The notes under the pieces: generated by a model | Database searches by the model: none | What the model saw: only the letters and a program-made list of their open reading frames with translations | What the model was told of the DNA's origin: nothing | Source of the DNA: an uncultured virus (IMG/VR IMGVR_UViG_3300027578_000004) | Taxonomy: Duplodnaviria; Heunggongvirae; Uroviricota; Caudoviricetes | IMG/VR virus record: IMGVR_UViG_3300027578_000004 | DNA: 64,000 nt | Direction: 5' to 3' (one strand) | Program-made: the position numbers and the translations under genes | In this document: one piece after another, positions 49,633 to 58,707 of the stretch | Layout of the letters: each line of letters begins with the position of its first letter | How positions within the stretch are numbered: the first letter of the stretch is position 1

Positions 49633-50124
49633 TTAGTATTGGAGGATGCAGTAGTCTGGTTGAACAGTCAAGTTGATCTTCATTGCTTCACCATCGTTTG
49701 ACCAGTCTAGTGAGTTGAACGTTGCTTCGGTGATGAACGAACCCTTGAGTGTCCATTCTTCTACTTTGTCACCAACTGGACCTAGAACGTTGATGGTCAA
49801 ATCCTTCTTATAGAAGTCTTGGTAACCGTCACGACCAGTTACAGATTCATGGTGCAAACGAACCCATTCCATTACAGCTTGGGCACCAGAAGGAACGATT
49901 GGGTCATACAATTCTAGTGTTACTTGACCCCAGATGCTCTTACCCTTGTAAAAGGTTCTGATGTTGATATGATCAAGCTCCTTAGCTGCTTGTGTTAGTT
50001 TTGGACGGTCTGTCTTCTTGATAATGAATGAAGGAACGCCGTCGCAATACATGATAAAGCGGTTTTGAACCTTTGGCTCAAATGCTGTGTAAAAAATTTC
50101 TGATGGATTTAGTAATTCTGCCAT
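49633..50124 (-). CDS. gp19: Tail tube protein (T4 gp19-like)
   Basis: FEPKVQNRF, RP, W..VTLELYD, VMEW, YKKD, LGPVGDKVEEWTLKG, LDWS, DY. Confidence 0.9.
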   Translation of the reverse strand: MAELLNPSEIFYTAFEPKVQNRFIMYCDGVPSFIIKKTDRPKLTQAAKELDHINIRTFYKGKSIWGQVTLELYDPIVPSGAQAVMEWVRLHHESVTGRDGYQDFYKKDLTINVLGPVGDKVEEWTLKGSFITEATFNSLDWSNDGEAMKINLTVQPDYCILQY

Positions 50125-50148
50125 AGTGTTATTCCTTTATGTCCTAGA

Positions 50149-50156
50149 TATAAATA
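50149..50156 (-). promoter_or_regulatory. Putative late promoter TATTTATA (representative of 17 copies)
   Basis: The same 8-mer TATTTAT(A/T) lies 3-24 nt upstream of 17 starts; positions are listed in the findings. Confidence 0.7.
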
Positions 50157-50185
50157 TGATTAAGATTCAATTCTTGTGATTTTTT

Positions 50186-51346
50186 TTATAATTTGTTGAG
50201 ATCTTTATCAACAAGATTTGTGATGTTTATTCTCAACTTACTTATGAATCCACTGGCTCTCAAAAGTTTGAATACAAGGTTTTCGGTGCTGTATTCTCCT
50301 CCCGAGCTTAAACCAGCTTCACGCATTTTATAGATACGTTGAACCAAGTCTTTCAATGTATCTAAATCTTGTTGTTCGACCGCTTTGTTTATCTTGGTCA
50401 CCAAGTCTTTGTATTTGGTCTTTATAGCGTCTTTGTCGATCTTAACGTCTTCATACGAGGGTTTTTTTATCCACTTGTTATGAAGGATACTATAAACAGC
50501 TTGGCTACGGTTTACATCGTTAATGTCTTGTATATAAACTTCTACTGGATGATTGTCAACACTGATATCATGTTGTTCGTTCCATTTATTTTTGTAACCG
50601 TCAACTAGTTTTTTGACCAGTTCTTTGTTTTCATCAACCTTTGAGAAGTCAATCAAAACGTGTAGATCAATATCACTGGTTGGAGTCCAATTATAACCAG
50701 CCGTGCTTCCTAAAAAGTATATGTCCTCAATTGGGGCAGTCAACTCAGTGTCTTTGTAAAAAGTGGTAGCTATTTTTAACAACTGACTGAGAACTTCTGG
50801 TTTTAAAGTTTCACCGTCCCAAATTTCTGGGTTCAAAATGCTGTTGTATATTCTGTATGACTCTTTGACACCCAACGTTTCTTTGAGTTTGTTGATAGTG
50901 TCTGTTGCGTTTTTGTGAAGTATACCAATGCCACCAGCCTGAATAAACTCATTGACGTTATCTTCACGGTCATCGATCAATATTGAATCTGGTGTAGCAA
51001 ATTTAGCTTTGTCTTCTCTTTCGGGAACCAAGTTTTGTTTGAGTGTCACATTGTGATCCGACAACCACTTTTCTTTACCTTGTTTACACTCGGCATCAGT
51101 TGCATGACTTAGTATTTCCGTTGGAAATTCTTTGATAAAATTGTAGAGAATCTTACCATCATTCATCCAAGGCATGGTTGCATAAAAATTTGGACTGTTT
51201 TTATGAACCAACTCGTATCTTTTTTCTTTACCGTGTTCTGACTCGTATGTTTCTACTGGAACTCCAAACAATCTTTCAAACTGTTTTTCCCAGTCTGTCA
51301 GAACTCCATCCATATCAACGTAAATTTTGTATTTGCTTTGAACCAT
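50186..51346 (-). CDS. Fusion: HAD 5'(3')-nucleotidase-like + Pol-beta-superfamily nucleotidyltransferase
   Basis: N-half YVDMDGVL, ILS, K, ILIDD; C-half FLGSTAGYNW...SDIDLH...VEVYIQD. Confidence 0.8.
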   Translation of the reverse strand: MVQSKYKIYVDMDGVLTDWEKQFERLFGVPVETYESEHGKEKRYELVHKNSPNFYATMPWMNDGKILYNFIKEFPTEILSHATDAECKQGKEKWLSDHNVTLKQNLVPEREDKAKFATPDSILIDDREDNVNEFIQAGGIGILHKNATDTINKLKETLGVKESYRIYNSILNPEIWDGETLKPEVLSQLLKIATTFYKDTELTAPIEDIYFLGSTAGYNWTPTSDIDLHVLIDFSKVDENKELVKKLVDGYKNKWNEQHDISVDNHPVEVYIQDINDVNRSQAVYSILHNKWIKKPSYEDVKIDKDAIKTKYKDLVTKINKAVEQQDLDTLKDLVQRIYKMREAGLSSGGEYSTENLVFKLLRASGFISKLRINITNLVDKDLNKL

Positions 51347-51362
51347 TATATTAATAAATATG

Positions 51363-51695
51363 TCATTTCTTAAGAAACAAAGAGTATATTACACGACCAA
51401 GTTGTGCGCTAAACTTTCTTACTTTATACTCTGGTAGATCCCAAAAAAATGCGTGAGTAACTTCTTCAATCAACACATTTAGTCTACGTCTAGTTAAAAG
51501 ACTCTTATCAATTAATATTCTGGAGTTTTTAAGGCTTGGATTGTAACACCAACCATCAGCGTCTTTTATATCGGAAAAATGAATTGGAATAATCTGCTTT
51601 AAGTAGGTTTCTATACTTAATTGCTGCGCTTTGCTGATGCTGCGTTGCTTGTTGCGCTTGTTGCGCTTATTGCGCTTATTAATTTTAGCATTCAT
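51363..51695 (-). CDS. Small basic protein with a degenerate zincin-like motif
   Basis: NKR x3 N-terminus; LIEEVTHAFF (EExxH in place of HExxH); TTGACA-N16-TATAAG upstream (51729-56). Confidence 0.6.
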   Translation of the reverse strand: MNAKINKRNKRNKRNKQRSISKAQQLSIETYLKQIIPIHFSDIKDADGWCYNPSLKNSRILIDKSLLTRRRLNVLIEEVTHAFFWDLPEYKVRKFSAQLGRVIYSLFLKK

Positions 51696-51731
51696 ATATT
51701 AAGCACATAAACAGCAATGCTTGCTGCGCTT
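51621..51731. repeat. AAGCGCA (TGCGCTT) x5 array
   Basis: TGCGCTT at 51625, 51653, 51662, 51671 and 51725; the 11-mer TTGCTGCGCTT at 51621 and 51721. Confidence 0.8.
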
Positions 51732-51736
51732 ATACT

Positions 51737-51919
51737 TTATATATCCAGAATGTCAACTAATTTTACTCCAAGACCTACAGAAATATCCAACTTTATTTTG
51801 TGCGATTGGAATAAATCTTCGAATACCGTTAAAAAATCTTCGTCTGCGGACCCATTACTTTGCGAGTTGATGGGTTCGTAGTAGATTTCATCATCATACT
51901 GCTCAAACCGTAGTTTCAC
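51737..51919 (-). CDS. Small acidic hypothetical protein
   Basis: 60 aa, GTG start 4 nt after a late-type motif (51924-31). Confidence 0.45.
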   Translation of the reverse strand: MKLRFEQYDDEIYYEPINSQSNGSADEDFLTVFEDLFQSHKIKLDISVGLGVKLVDILDI

Positions 51920-51937
51920 ATAATATAAATATGTGAA

Positions 51938-52219
51938 TTATTTAGCAGCAGGTTTAAAAGTTCCGTCCTTGATATTCAAAACACCGTCACCATACTTCTG
52001 GCTCAACTGTTGAAGAATGTCATTTTCTTCCTTTTGAATAGTAGTCCAGTCTTCAAGCAACTTCTTTCTTGCATTACCAAGATCATTCAGTTGTTGATCC
52101 AAATCGATCTTGGCAAGTTCAAGCTGGCCAAGTTCAAATATCTTTTGTTGATACTTGCCTTGGAGTTGCGCAATTTGTTGCATTTCTGCGTCGGTAAACT
52201 TTGTAACATTTTCACTCAT
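51938..52219 (-). CDS. Small coiled-coil protein (possible fibre chaperone)
   Basis: Heptad pattern, ends LSQKYGDGVLNIKDGTF; ATG 52219 follows a late-type motif. Confidence 0.7.
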   Translation of the reverse strand: MSENVTKFTDAEMQQIAQLQGKYQQKIFELGQLELAKIDLDQQLNDLGNARKKLLEDWTTIQKEENDILQQLSQKYGDGVLNIKDGTFKPAAK

Positions 52220-52260
52220 ATACAATAAATACAGGCGGGTTGGTCCCCGCCATTATTTTA

Positions 52261-53652
52261 TTAGAGTTTATCAATCACGACTTTCAACTTATCAACGTCC
52301 TTACGTTCAGCGTTAATCATGTAATAGAAATTTACGGTTCCCTTATTAAACAACTTGTTGAAGAAGTTTGTCTTTCTATCGACACCAATATAAATCTTGT
52401 TGCCTTCTACCTTTTCAACATAATAAGTGTCAGGAGACCCAATTGCGGTCAAATGAACAGTAATGGTAGATTCATCAATCAACCAAGTCCAGTAGTCAGG
52501 CAAATCAATCGATAATGATTCGGATCTACCACGAACGAACACAGCGTGTTCTGGACCTTCCAGCGTAGCATGAACGAGTCGTTTCGTTTCATCTTCTTGA
52601 TGGTCAATAACGAATGACTTTGTAGATGCGGCAAATGAACCTTGGACCTCAAGATTAAACTGAGGGTCCATTACATCATTGATACCAACTCTACTACCAG
52701 TTACGTAAAATACGTTTGTTCCATTTACACTACTTACAACTCTAAAAGGCGCCGAAGAACCACTTGCGATCAACTGACGTTCAACTACAACGTCTCTGCC
52801 AACTGTAACGTCATTTTCGACAGTCAAGTTGTTTAGAACATTGAGATCGTTAACAGTAAGAACATCTTGAACCAACGCCGTTCCAGCCATCAAACTACCA
52901 ACATCTGCGTTACTAGCACTCAAACTACCACTCAATACCAAACCAGTAGATTTATCTTCCCAAATTCCGTCAGCGGCGTTATAGACTAAGAATGCGCCGT
53001 CTGCAGGAGAAGCACTACTACTAATATTGCTTATTTCGTCAATAGTAGTAGGTTGTTTTACGTCAACAAAGATTGATCCAGTAGTGTTGTTTACACCAGT
53101 GATATAACCAACTTTGACCACATCTCTAGGAGCATTTGGACGAATACTAGTATATGAACCAGAAACCGAAGGACTCACATACAACTCGTCACCAAGAGAA
53201 AATCCAGTAGCAGTGTTTAAACCAGTCAAATATCCACTGGTCAAAACATATCCAGTAAATCCAGCTGGTATTGAATCGTTGACAACACCCAAAATGTCAC
53301 TGGTAATTGTAGATCCAGGGGTGTGTATTTTGGAAACTGCTAAATCTACAACTATTTGAGAACTTAAATTACTTCCAATTACACTAACAACTTGGCCTTT
53401 AGAGAGTGTGAGTCCAGAACCATTTTGAACCAAAACTAAACTTGGACTAGGAGCTCCTCCGCCATTTAAAGCGTAAGAAGCACTCAAAGCATATGAAGCA
53501 GATTCAACTCTTACAGAAGACGAAGGAATGACTACAGGAAATTTATTTTCATCAAAAGCTAACAAAGACGCAGTTTGTGGTCGGATAACTTGCTCAGTAA
53601 ACGAACTACCACTTCTGCGGCTTAATAATAAATCCTTTTCTAAAAAAATCAT
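52261..53652 (-). CDS. Tail fibre/appendage protein
   Basis: ASYALSASYALNGGG linker, RVGIN...LEVQG, C-terminal KSFVIDH...LVHATLEGPE...LPDYW domain typical of phage fibres. Confidence 0.7.
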   Translation of the reverse strand: MIFLEKDLLLSRRSGSSFTEQVIRPQTASLLAFDENKFPVVIPSSSVRVESASYALSASYALNGGGAPSPSLVLVQNGSGLTLSKGQVVSVIGSNLSSQIVVDLAVSKIHTPGSTITSDILGVVNDSIPAGFTGYVLTSGYLTGLNTATGFSLGDELYVSPSVSGSYTSIRPNAPRDVVKVGYITGVNNTTGSIFVDVKQPTTIDEISNISSSASPADGAFLVYNAADGIWEDKSTGLVLSGSLSASNADVGSLMAGTALVQDVLTVNDLNVLNNLTVENDVTVGRDVVVERQLIASGSSAPFRVVSSVNGTNVFYVTGSRVGINDVMDPQFNLEVQGSFAASTKSFVIDHQEDETKRLVHATLEGPEHAVFVRGRSESLSIDLPDYWTWLIDESTITVHLTAIGSPDTYYVEKVEGNKIYIGVDRKTNFFNKLFNKGTVNFYYMINAERKDVDKLKVVIDKL

Positions 53653-53695
53653 ATCTTAGTCTAATATAAATATGAACAGTTCCAGATATATTCAA

Positions 53696-55129
53696 TTAAA
53701 ATGTTTCATCGACCATAGCAATCGGAACACGACGCCATTCACCGTATGAATATATGTAAAAATAGTTGCCATCATAGCTTATCCAACCATCTTCACCATA
53801 GTCGGAAGATTTGTATGGAACTTGATGATAATACTTATCTGGAAATCGTTGAAATACTCTAAAAGCAGTGTTTATTGGTCGAACTCCGTTAGAATAAACG
53901 GGGTTACCATTACAATCGGTTCCACTGATATAAGCCCCACTATTTGGGTCAAAATCAAACACTGCGATAGCTCTACGCACCCATCCTAGTGGTTTGCGAT
54001 ATACATAAATAAAATATTCATCGTATGCCAACCAGCCATTTTCTCCATAATCCGAGGTCTTTTTTGGAGGTGGTCTGAACAATACTTTCTCTGTAATTGC
54101 TGGTTTGTCGTCTTTTTCAAGGTCTGGTGCTCGTGTTGCAGAGTTGTATTTTACACCCACATTCTTCAAATAAGAGTATGGATTCTTGATATTTGAATCT
54201 TCAACTTGCGACATTTGTTCACCGTTTACAACATAATCAGACACCACAATCTTTCTGGTAGTGAACGTTTTTTGAGTTGTTGACTTGACACCATCAATAG
54301 TTTTTGGCAACAAGTAAGCATTGACAACCAAGTTAAAAGTCGTTTTTACATTTCTGTCTTCACCGGCACCCAACTCAACCGTGTTGGTATAGTCATCAAC
54401 TCTGGTTCTAAATCTGAAATCTCCCACACCCCAATAATCATGTGTAGCAAAATTGATCTTTTCCAATAACTTGTTGTTTTGATCAACATAATCTGTCCAC
54501 AAAATACACTCGTAAGTTATAGTAACATGATCTGGCAACGTAACATTGTAGATCTGATTGGTAGGTTTGTTTCTAAATGGATTGCCCAAATTCAAAATAT
54601 TGAACTTGTCGTATTTGTTCTTTTGATCAAATTTAGCAACAACTTGATATGACAAATAACGATTCAAAGTCATCAAATCTTTATTGTTGCTTACTGTGGC
54701 CCTCTTGATCAAAATAGCAGGCAACAAGATTTTACCTTGGTTATCACGCAAAAACCCGTCTCTTCTAACAGCATTCCATCTTTCTGGACTTGCATATAAA
54801 ACTGGAACCTTTACCAATGTTCCGTTGTCCATCACAGTCAAATCAACTCGTTGACTCATGTGGTTGATTATAGTAGTATCAATGTCAAGAAGAGTTACAC
54901 TAAAATTCTCGGTCTTGTCTTGATCACGACGAACTGCATTTTCTTTTCTATATGGACCTACCAACGGAATTGCCGTATTATCGTTAGGCATTGGGACACC
55001 AGTATCCTCATTTTGAATGACAGGTCTTCTAATATCAGACAAGTTTGAATTATCTTGTTTGACGTTAGGAGCAGGGTTGATTCCTTTTCCGTTTTGGCTT
55101 TTACCAGTTGGATTACCTTTCCACGACAT
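53696..55129 (-). CDS. Tail terminator/sheath stabiliser (gp15-like) with a C-terminal duplicated module
   Basis: VPVLYASPERW, LPAI, PDHVTITY, AYLLP; follows the gp13- and gp14-like genes. Confidence 0.7.
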   Translation of the reverse strand: MSWKGNPTGKSQNGKGINPAPNVKQDNSNLSDIRRPVIQNEDTGVPMPNDNTAIPLVGPYRKENAVRRDQDKTENFSVTLLDIDTTIINHMSQRVDLTVMDNGTLVKVPVLYASPERWNAVRRDGFLRDNQGKILLPAILIKRATVSNNKDLMTLNRYLSYQVVAKFDQKNKYDKFNILNLGNPFRNKPTNQIYNVTLPDHVTITYECILWTDYVDQNNKLLEKINFATHDYWGVGDFRFRTRVDDYTNTVELGAGEDRNVKTTFNLVVNAYLLPKTIDGVKSTTQKTFTTRKIVVSDYVVNGEQMSQVEDSNIKNPYSYLKNVGVKYNSATRAPDLEKDDKPAITEKVLFRPPPKKTSDYGENGWLAYDEYFIYVYRKPLGWVRRAIAVFDFDPNSGAYISGTDCNGNPVYSNGVRPINTAFRVFQRFPDKYYHQVPYKSSDYGEDGWISYDGNYFYIYSYGEWRRVPIAMVDETF

Positions 55130-55132
55130 AAA

Positions 55133-55699
55133 TTATGTTTGTCTTTCTACCACATTCAACTTACTGAGTCTGCTGTAGTGTGTATTGCAGATAAAACTCC
55201 AAGACTTATCTGGATGACCACCTAAAAATTGTTCTTGAATTACGTTGTCAATTTCATAGAAACGTTCGTTGTATAATAACACATCACCAATTTCTGGGAA
55301 GAAACCAGTAACGATACAATCACGTTCACGAAACTTGTATACTACACTTTGATTGCGATCTGGTCCGAACCCTTGGTTATCGTCACCAGTAATATCTTCA
55401 CGTTGAATCAAAGCGGTCATATTAATTGCTGGATAAAACGCCTTACCAGTGTCAGATGTTGCTTCACCATAGATGTTTACTCTAGTTTCAGTCACAGCAA
55501 CCTTGAACAATTGAACAACACATTCAATTATATCGCCGACCAATTCTGCGTTGATAGAACTAAGAAAGTTCATATCACGACTACTAAAATACCTACCAGG
55601 TAAATAATTGGTTCCATAGATACCAATGTCTTTACGACCATTGGTCCAGTATTGAGGAAAATTATTCTGGGGATACTGTGGTGTTACTGGGGCTGCCAT
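55133..55699 (-). CDS. Head closure/neck protein (gp14-like)
   Basis: NIYGEA, PEIGDVLLYNERFYEIDNV; synteny. Confidence 0.7.
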   Translation of the reverse strand: MAAPVTPQYPQNNFPQYWTNGRKDIGIYGTNYLPGRYFSSRDMNFLSSINAELVGDIIECVVQLFKVAVTETRVNIYGEATSDTGKAFYPAINMTALIQREDITGDDNQGFGPDRNQSVVYKFRERDCIVTGFFPEIGDVLLYNERFYEIDNVIQEQFLGGHPDKSWSFICNTHYSRLSKLNVVERQT

Positions 55700-55702
55700 A
55701 GA

Positions 55703-56938
55703 TTATCCTATATAAATGTGAACTGGAACCTTAGACAACATTTTGTTCATTGCCTCAGATTCTTTTTCGGTATTCTCCATCTGATTTACTCTCAAAGACT
55801 TGTCCAACATGTCTCTAAGTTTTTCAAGAAGATTAGACATTTCATCCTTAGCCTCAGCACGAAGTTCAGCACCGTCCAAGGTTACTTCACCACCTGGAAT
55901 TGGAACCGTGCTATACTTCTGCAAAATACGACCAAGTGTTTCTTTACATAGTGCCAAGAAATACTTTTTGATCCACTGTTTACCAGCTTGATTGATCTTA
56001 CAATATTGACAATACTCATACGGCACATCACTTGGATCACTAATGTATTCATATCGTGAACCACTAAAGAAGTTGGTAATGTTCTTGTCACTTTCAACGT
56101 AGTAGTCGATGTAGATTCTAAGATCAGTAGTTGGTATTGGGAAAATTCTCAACATGTTGTCACCAGTGATTTGGAAACCGTAGTGACTCTTACGAACCAT
56201 GTCGTTGAATTCAATTGCTTGAACACGTTCCAAATCTTCGAAGATAGGAGTCATCAAGAATTGTGTTGCTGGACTGTAAGCACTGAATCCCATTTCGCTT
56301 AAAACGTTACTATAACTCATACCAGTCATACTGAATGGGTCATAAATACGTGCGATTGCTGGTGGTCTAAAATGGAACACTCTACGAACTTCAATACGTG
56401 ATCCAGTAAGATGTTCAATTTGGTTACCAATAATTTGATTCAAGTCAAACACTTGATGACTATCTTGGGGACCACCAAAACTTGCAGATCCAGTTGCCAA
56501 GAATGATGCTCTCTTTAACTCTACTTCACCACCAACCAACGCTTCACTACCATATTGTTTGCTTAGTTGGACGATAAATGGTATACCGCTACCTTTGACA
56601 CTGAGACCAGTTAAGTTTTGATACTGGTCTTGTGGTAAACCTTGAACGTTAACCAAATTGTTGACGATGTTGAATTCGTTGATTACACGGTTATACTCCA
56701 ACACAGCTTCTTCAAAACATGCATAAAAGTTGACATCGATCATTTCAATGTCAACGATTGGATAACCTAAACGTTTTGCTGCCCACATCGCACTACCACT
56801 ACAATCGTTCTCAAACGTTGTTTCTGTGACAGAACAGTTGGTTTCATCAAGATAATAACCAAAGGGAACACTCGCAGTAGTAACCGCACTACCTGATCCT
56901 GGCCACCTTACTCTATCTTGGTCTAAATTAGCACTCAT
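55703..56938 (-). CDS. Head-tail adaptor/neck protein (gp13-like)
   Basis: RLGYPIVDIE, WIKKYFLALCKETLGRILQKY...PGGEVTLDG. Confidence 0.85.
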   Translation of the reverse strand: MSANLDQDRVRWPGSGSAVTTASVPFGYYLDETNCSVTETTFENDCSGSAMWAAKRLGYPIVDIEMIDVNFYACFEEAVLEYNRVINEFNIVNNLVNVQGLPQDQYQNLTGLSVKGSGIPFIVQLSKQYGSEALVGGEVELKRASFLATGSASFGGPQDSHQVFDLNQIIGNQIEHLTGSRIEVRRVFHFRPPAIARIYDPFSMTGMSYSNVLSEMGFSAYSPATQFLMTPIFEDLERVQAIEFNDMVRKSHYGFQITGDNMLRIFPIPTTDLRIYIDYYVESDKNITNFFSGSRYEYISDPSDVPYEYCQYCKINQAGKQWIKKYFLALCKETLGRILQKYSTVPIPGGEVTLDGAELRAEAKDEMSNLLEKLRDMLDKSLRVNQMENTEKESEAMNKMLSKVPVHIYIG

Positions 56939-56983
56939 TAAATATAAATATCGGAATCTTCGATATTAGTGCTAAAATCTACT

Positions 56984-57523
56984 CTATACCAAATTATTAC
57001 CTTCAAACTTTCGTGGACCACTCAAATCCACAATTTTATACTTAATTGGCATATCTTTTATAGTAGCATAAACAGCCTTTATGTTCTTGGGACTGTCGTC
57101 AATAAAAAATATGTCGTTGTAACCCTCATTTTCAATTTTATCCTTGATCCAGTTAGCCTTAGCCATAGGATCACTAGTTCCAACGGTCACAATAGGTATA
57201 TTGACTTTAAAATACCTCTGGAGAACGTTTTGTATGTGAGGCTGACTCTCTGGACCTCTCGCAGTCAAAACAACGGCAAGACGACCATCTGACCCCGCAC
57301 TGACTATCTTATAAAACCTCTTGGCTACATTACGAATAACTACGGGATCTATAACCGAGCTAAACTCTGAAAAATCAAATTTGTCACCGGGTTGTTGAGT
57401 ATACACCGCATATTGTGCAGGTGTTAATTTGACAACCGAACCATCTGATTTGGTCAATATTACTTTACCACCAGTTTCAAAAAGTGTGTCATCAAAATCA
57501 AATACTCTTAGTTTCTTGGTCAT
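56984..57523 (-). CDS. HAD-superfamily phosphatase (polynucleotide 3'-phosphatase/RNA-repair-like)
   Basis: VFDFDDTLF, VLTAR, K, FIDDSPKNI. Confidence 0.8.
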   Translation of the reverse strand: MTKKLRVFDFDDTLFETGGKVILTKSDGSVVKLTPAQYAVYTQQPGDKFDFSEFSSVIDPVVIRNVAKRFYKIVSAGSDGRLAVVLTARGPESQPHIQNVLQRYFKVNIPIVTVGTSDPMAKANWIKDKIENEGYNDIFFIDDSPKNIKAVYATIKDMPIKYKIVDLSGPRKFEGNNLV

Positions 57524-57651
57524 AGGAATGATTGCGCAATCAACTTATAGTCAGAAACATATGGTTTTGGTTGTGACTTTTTAACAGCATCCTCCTTCAG
57601 TTTCTTTGCCTTGAGAACCTTCTGAAGAGTGTTTTTTACTTTCTCATTCAT
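57520..57651 (-). CDS. Small basic protein (43 aa), not in the ORF track
   Basis: MNEKVKNTLQKVLKAKKLKEDAVKKSQPKPYVSDYKLIAQSFL*; overlaps both neighbours and fills the gap exactly. Confidence 0.6.
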   Translation of the reverse strand: MNEKVKNTLQKVLKAKKLKEDAVKKSQPKPYVSDYKLIAQSFL

Positions 57652-57913
57652 ACATTTTTGTAATTTTGACTACAAGTTTTCCAGAGCCTTTTATGACTCT
57701 GTGATACGTTTCTTTAGGTATAAATATTGAACCCTCCATCAAACACGGAAGATTATTATCCAATTGAACCTCCCAACCACCATTATTCTCCACAACCTCA
57801 ACCAAACGGTTTTCTTTATCCAAATGCCACTCTAATTCATGACTATCTATACCAGAATCGAACTCACGAATATATTGATTGTTTCCCAAGCTTGTCTCTG
57901 TATAAGGCATCAT
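57644..57913 (-). CDS. Cupin-like protein
   Basis: ELEWHLD...W...IFIPKETYHRVIKGSGKL two-motif cupin pattern. Confidence 0.7.
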   Translation of the reverse strand: MMPYTETSLGNNQYIREFDSGIDSHELEWHLDKENRLVEVVENNGGWEVQLDNNLPCLMEGSIFIPKETYHRVIKGSGKLVVKITKMYE

Positions 57914-58707
57914 ACATTTCTAGGACGCATTGGTTCTATTGTCCTCAGATGCGAATCATCGTCATCAGATTGTTCTACACTGTCTACCTTCTTTACATTT
58001 TTATAGTAATTTTCAATCCATTTTCTACCAATTGGATTTTTTATAGGACTCTTCAAAAAGTCAATCACACTTCTCAAAACACCTCTATCAATTGGTTCAT
58101 TGTTCTTTGTTCGATCAACTATTCTAAAGTTGTTACGAAATATGTTTTGAAAATGACCCAAATTATTTTGACAGCTAAACCACATCTGTGATAACAAATC
58201 TTCTGGTATCTTACGAGATCTCTTCGCATTACGTTCCATTGCAACTTGTAAACTAGTGTTGACAAATATCATGTAACAATCATATCCATGTTGTTCCATA
58301 ACACGTTTCTTGATTTGTATTGATTCTATACTATCACCAGTTCCATCTATGATAAGTCCTAATTTAGCCTTTCTATACATGTCTAGTTTTTTTCTTGTGA
58401 TTCGTTTTGCTTTTTCTCTAGTAGATTGAGGACCAACAGTCAATCGTTCAAACTCTTCTGGACTCAATTTACTAAAGTCTGTAGATATGTTCATATTATG
58501 AAGCATCTTCTCAAACTCGTTATCACTATTGATTACCTTCAAACCATATCGATTTACAGATGAATTGGAAGGTAAATCAAATAACTCAGTAGCTACAGTG
58601 CTTTTTCCACTACCAGGCCCACCAGCCATAAATATACACTTGAGAGTTGATGGATCATCGACACCCTCGGTCAATCTATGCTTTTTTAGTAGTTCAAGTA
58701 AATTCAT
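57910..58707 (-). CDS. Zeta-toxin/PNK-like P-loop kinase
   Basis: FMAGGPGSGKS, INSD, LIIDGTG, VNTSLQVAMERNAKRSR. Confidence 0.85.
   Translation of the reverse strand: MNLLELLKKHRLTEGVDDPSTLKCIFMAGGPGSGKSTVATELFDLPSNSSVNRYGLKVINSDNEFEKMLHNMNISTDFSKLSPEEFERLTVGPQSTREKAKRITRKKLDMYRKAKLGLIIDGTGDSIESIQIKKRVMEQHGYDCYMIFVNTSLQVAMERNAKRSRKIPEDLLSQMWFSCQNNLGHFQNIFRNNFRIVDRTKNNEPIDRGVLRSVIDFLKSPIKNPIGRKWIENYYKNVKKVDSVEQSDDDDSHLRTIEPMRPRNV

Noticed and set aside
51621..51731. Repeat array as a mini-CRISPR
   Set aside because: Units are only 7-11 bp and irregularly spaced, with no repeat-spacer periodicity.
52234..52251. GGCGGG/CCCGCC hairpin as a terminator
   Set aside because: Only a 6-bp stem without a clean U-tract on the coding strand; too weak to call.
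57910..58707. Epsilon/zeta toxin-antitoxin system
   Set aside because: No recognisable antitoxin; the neighbours are enzymes, so the ORF is treated as a generic P-loop kinase.
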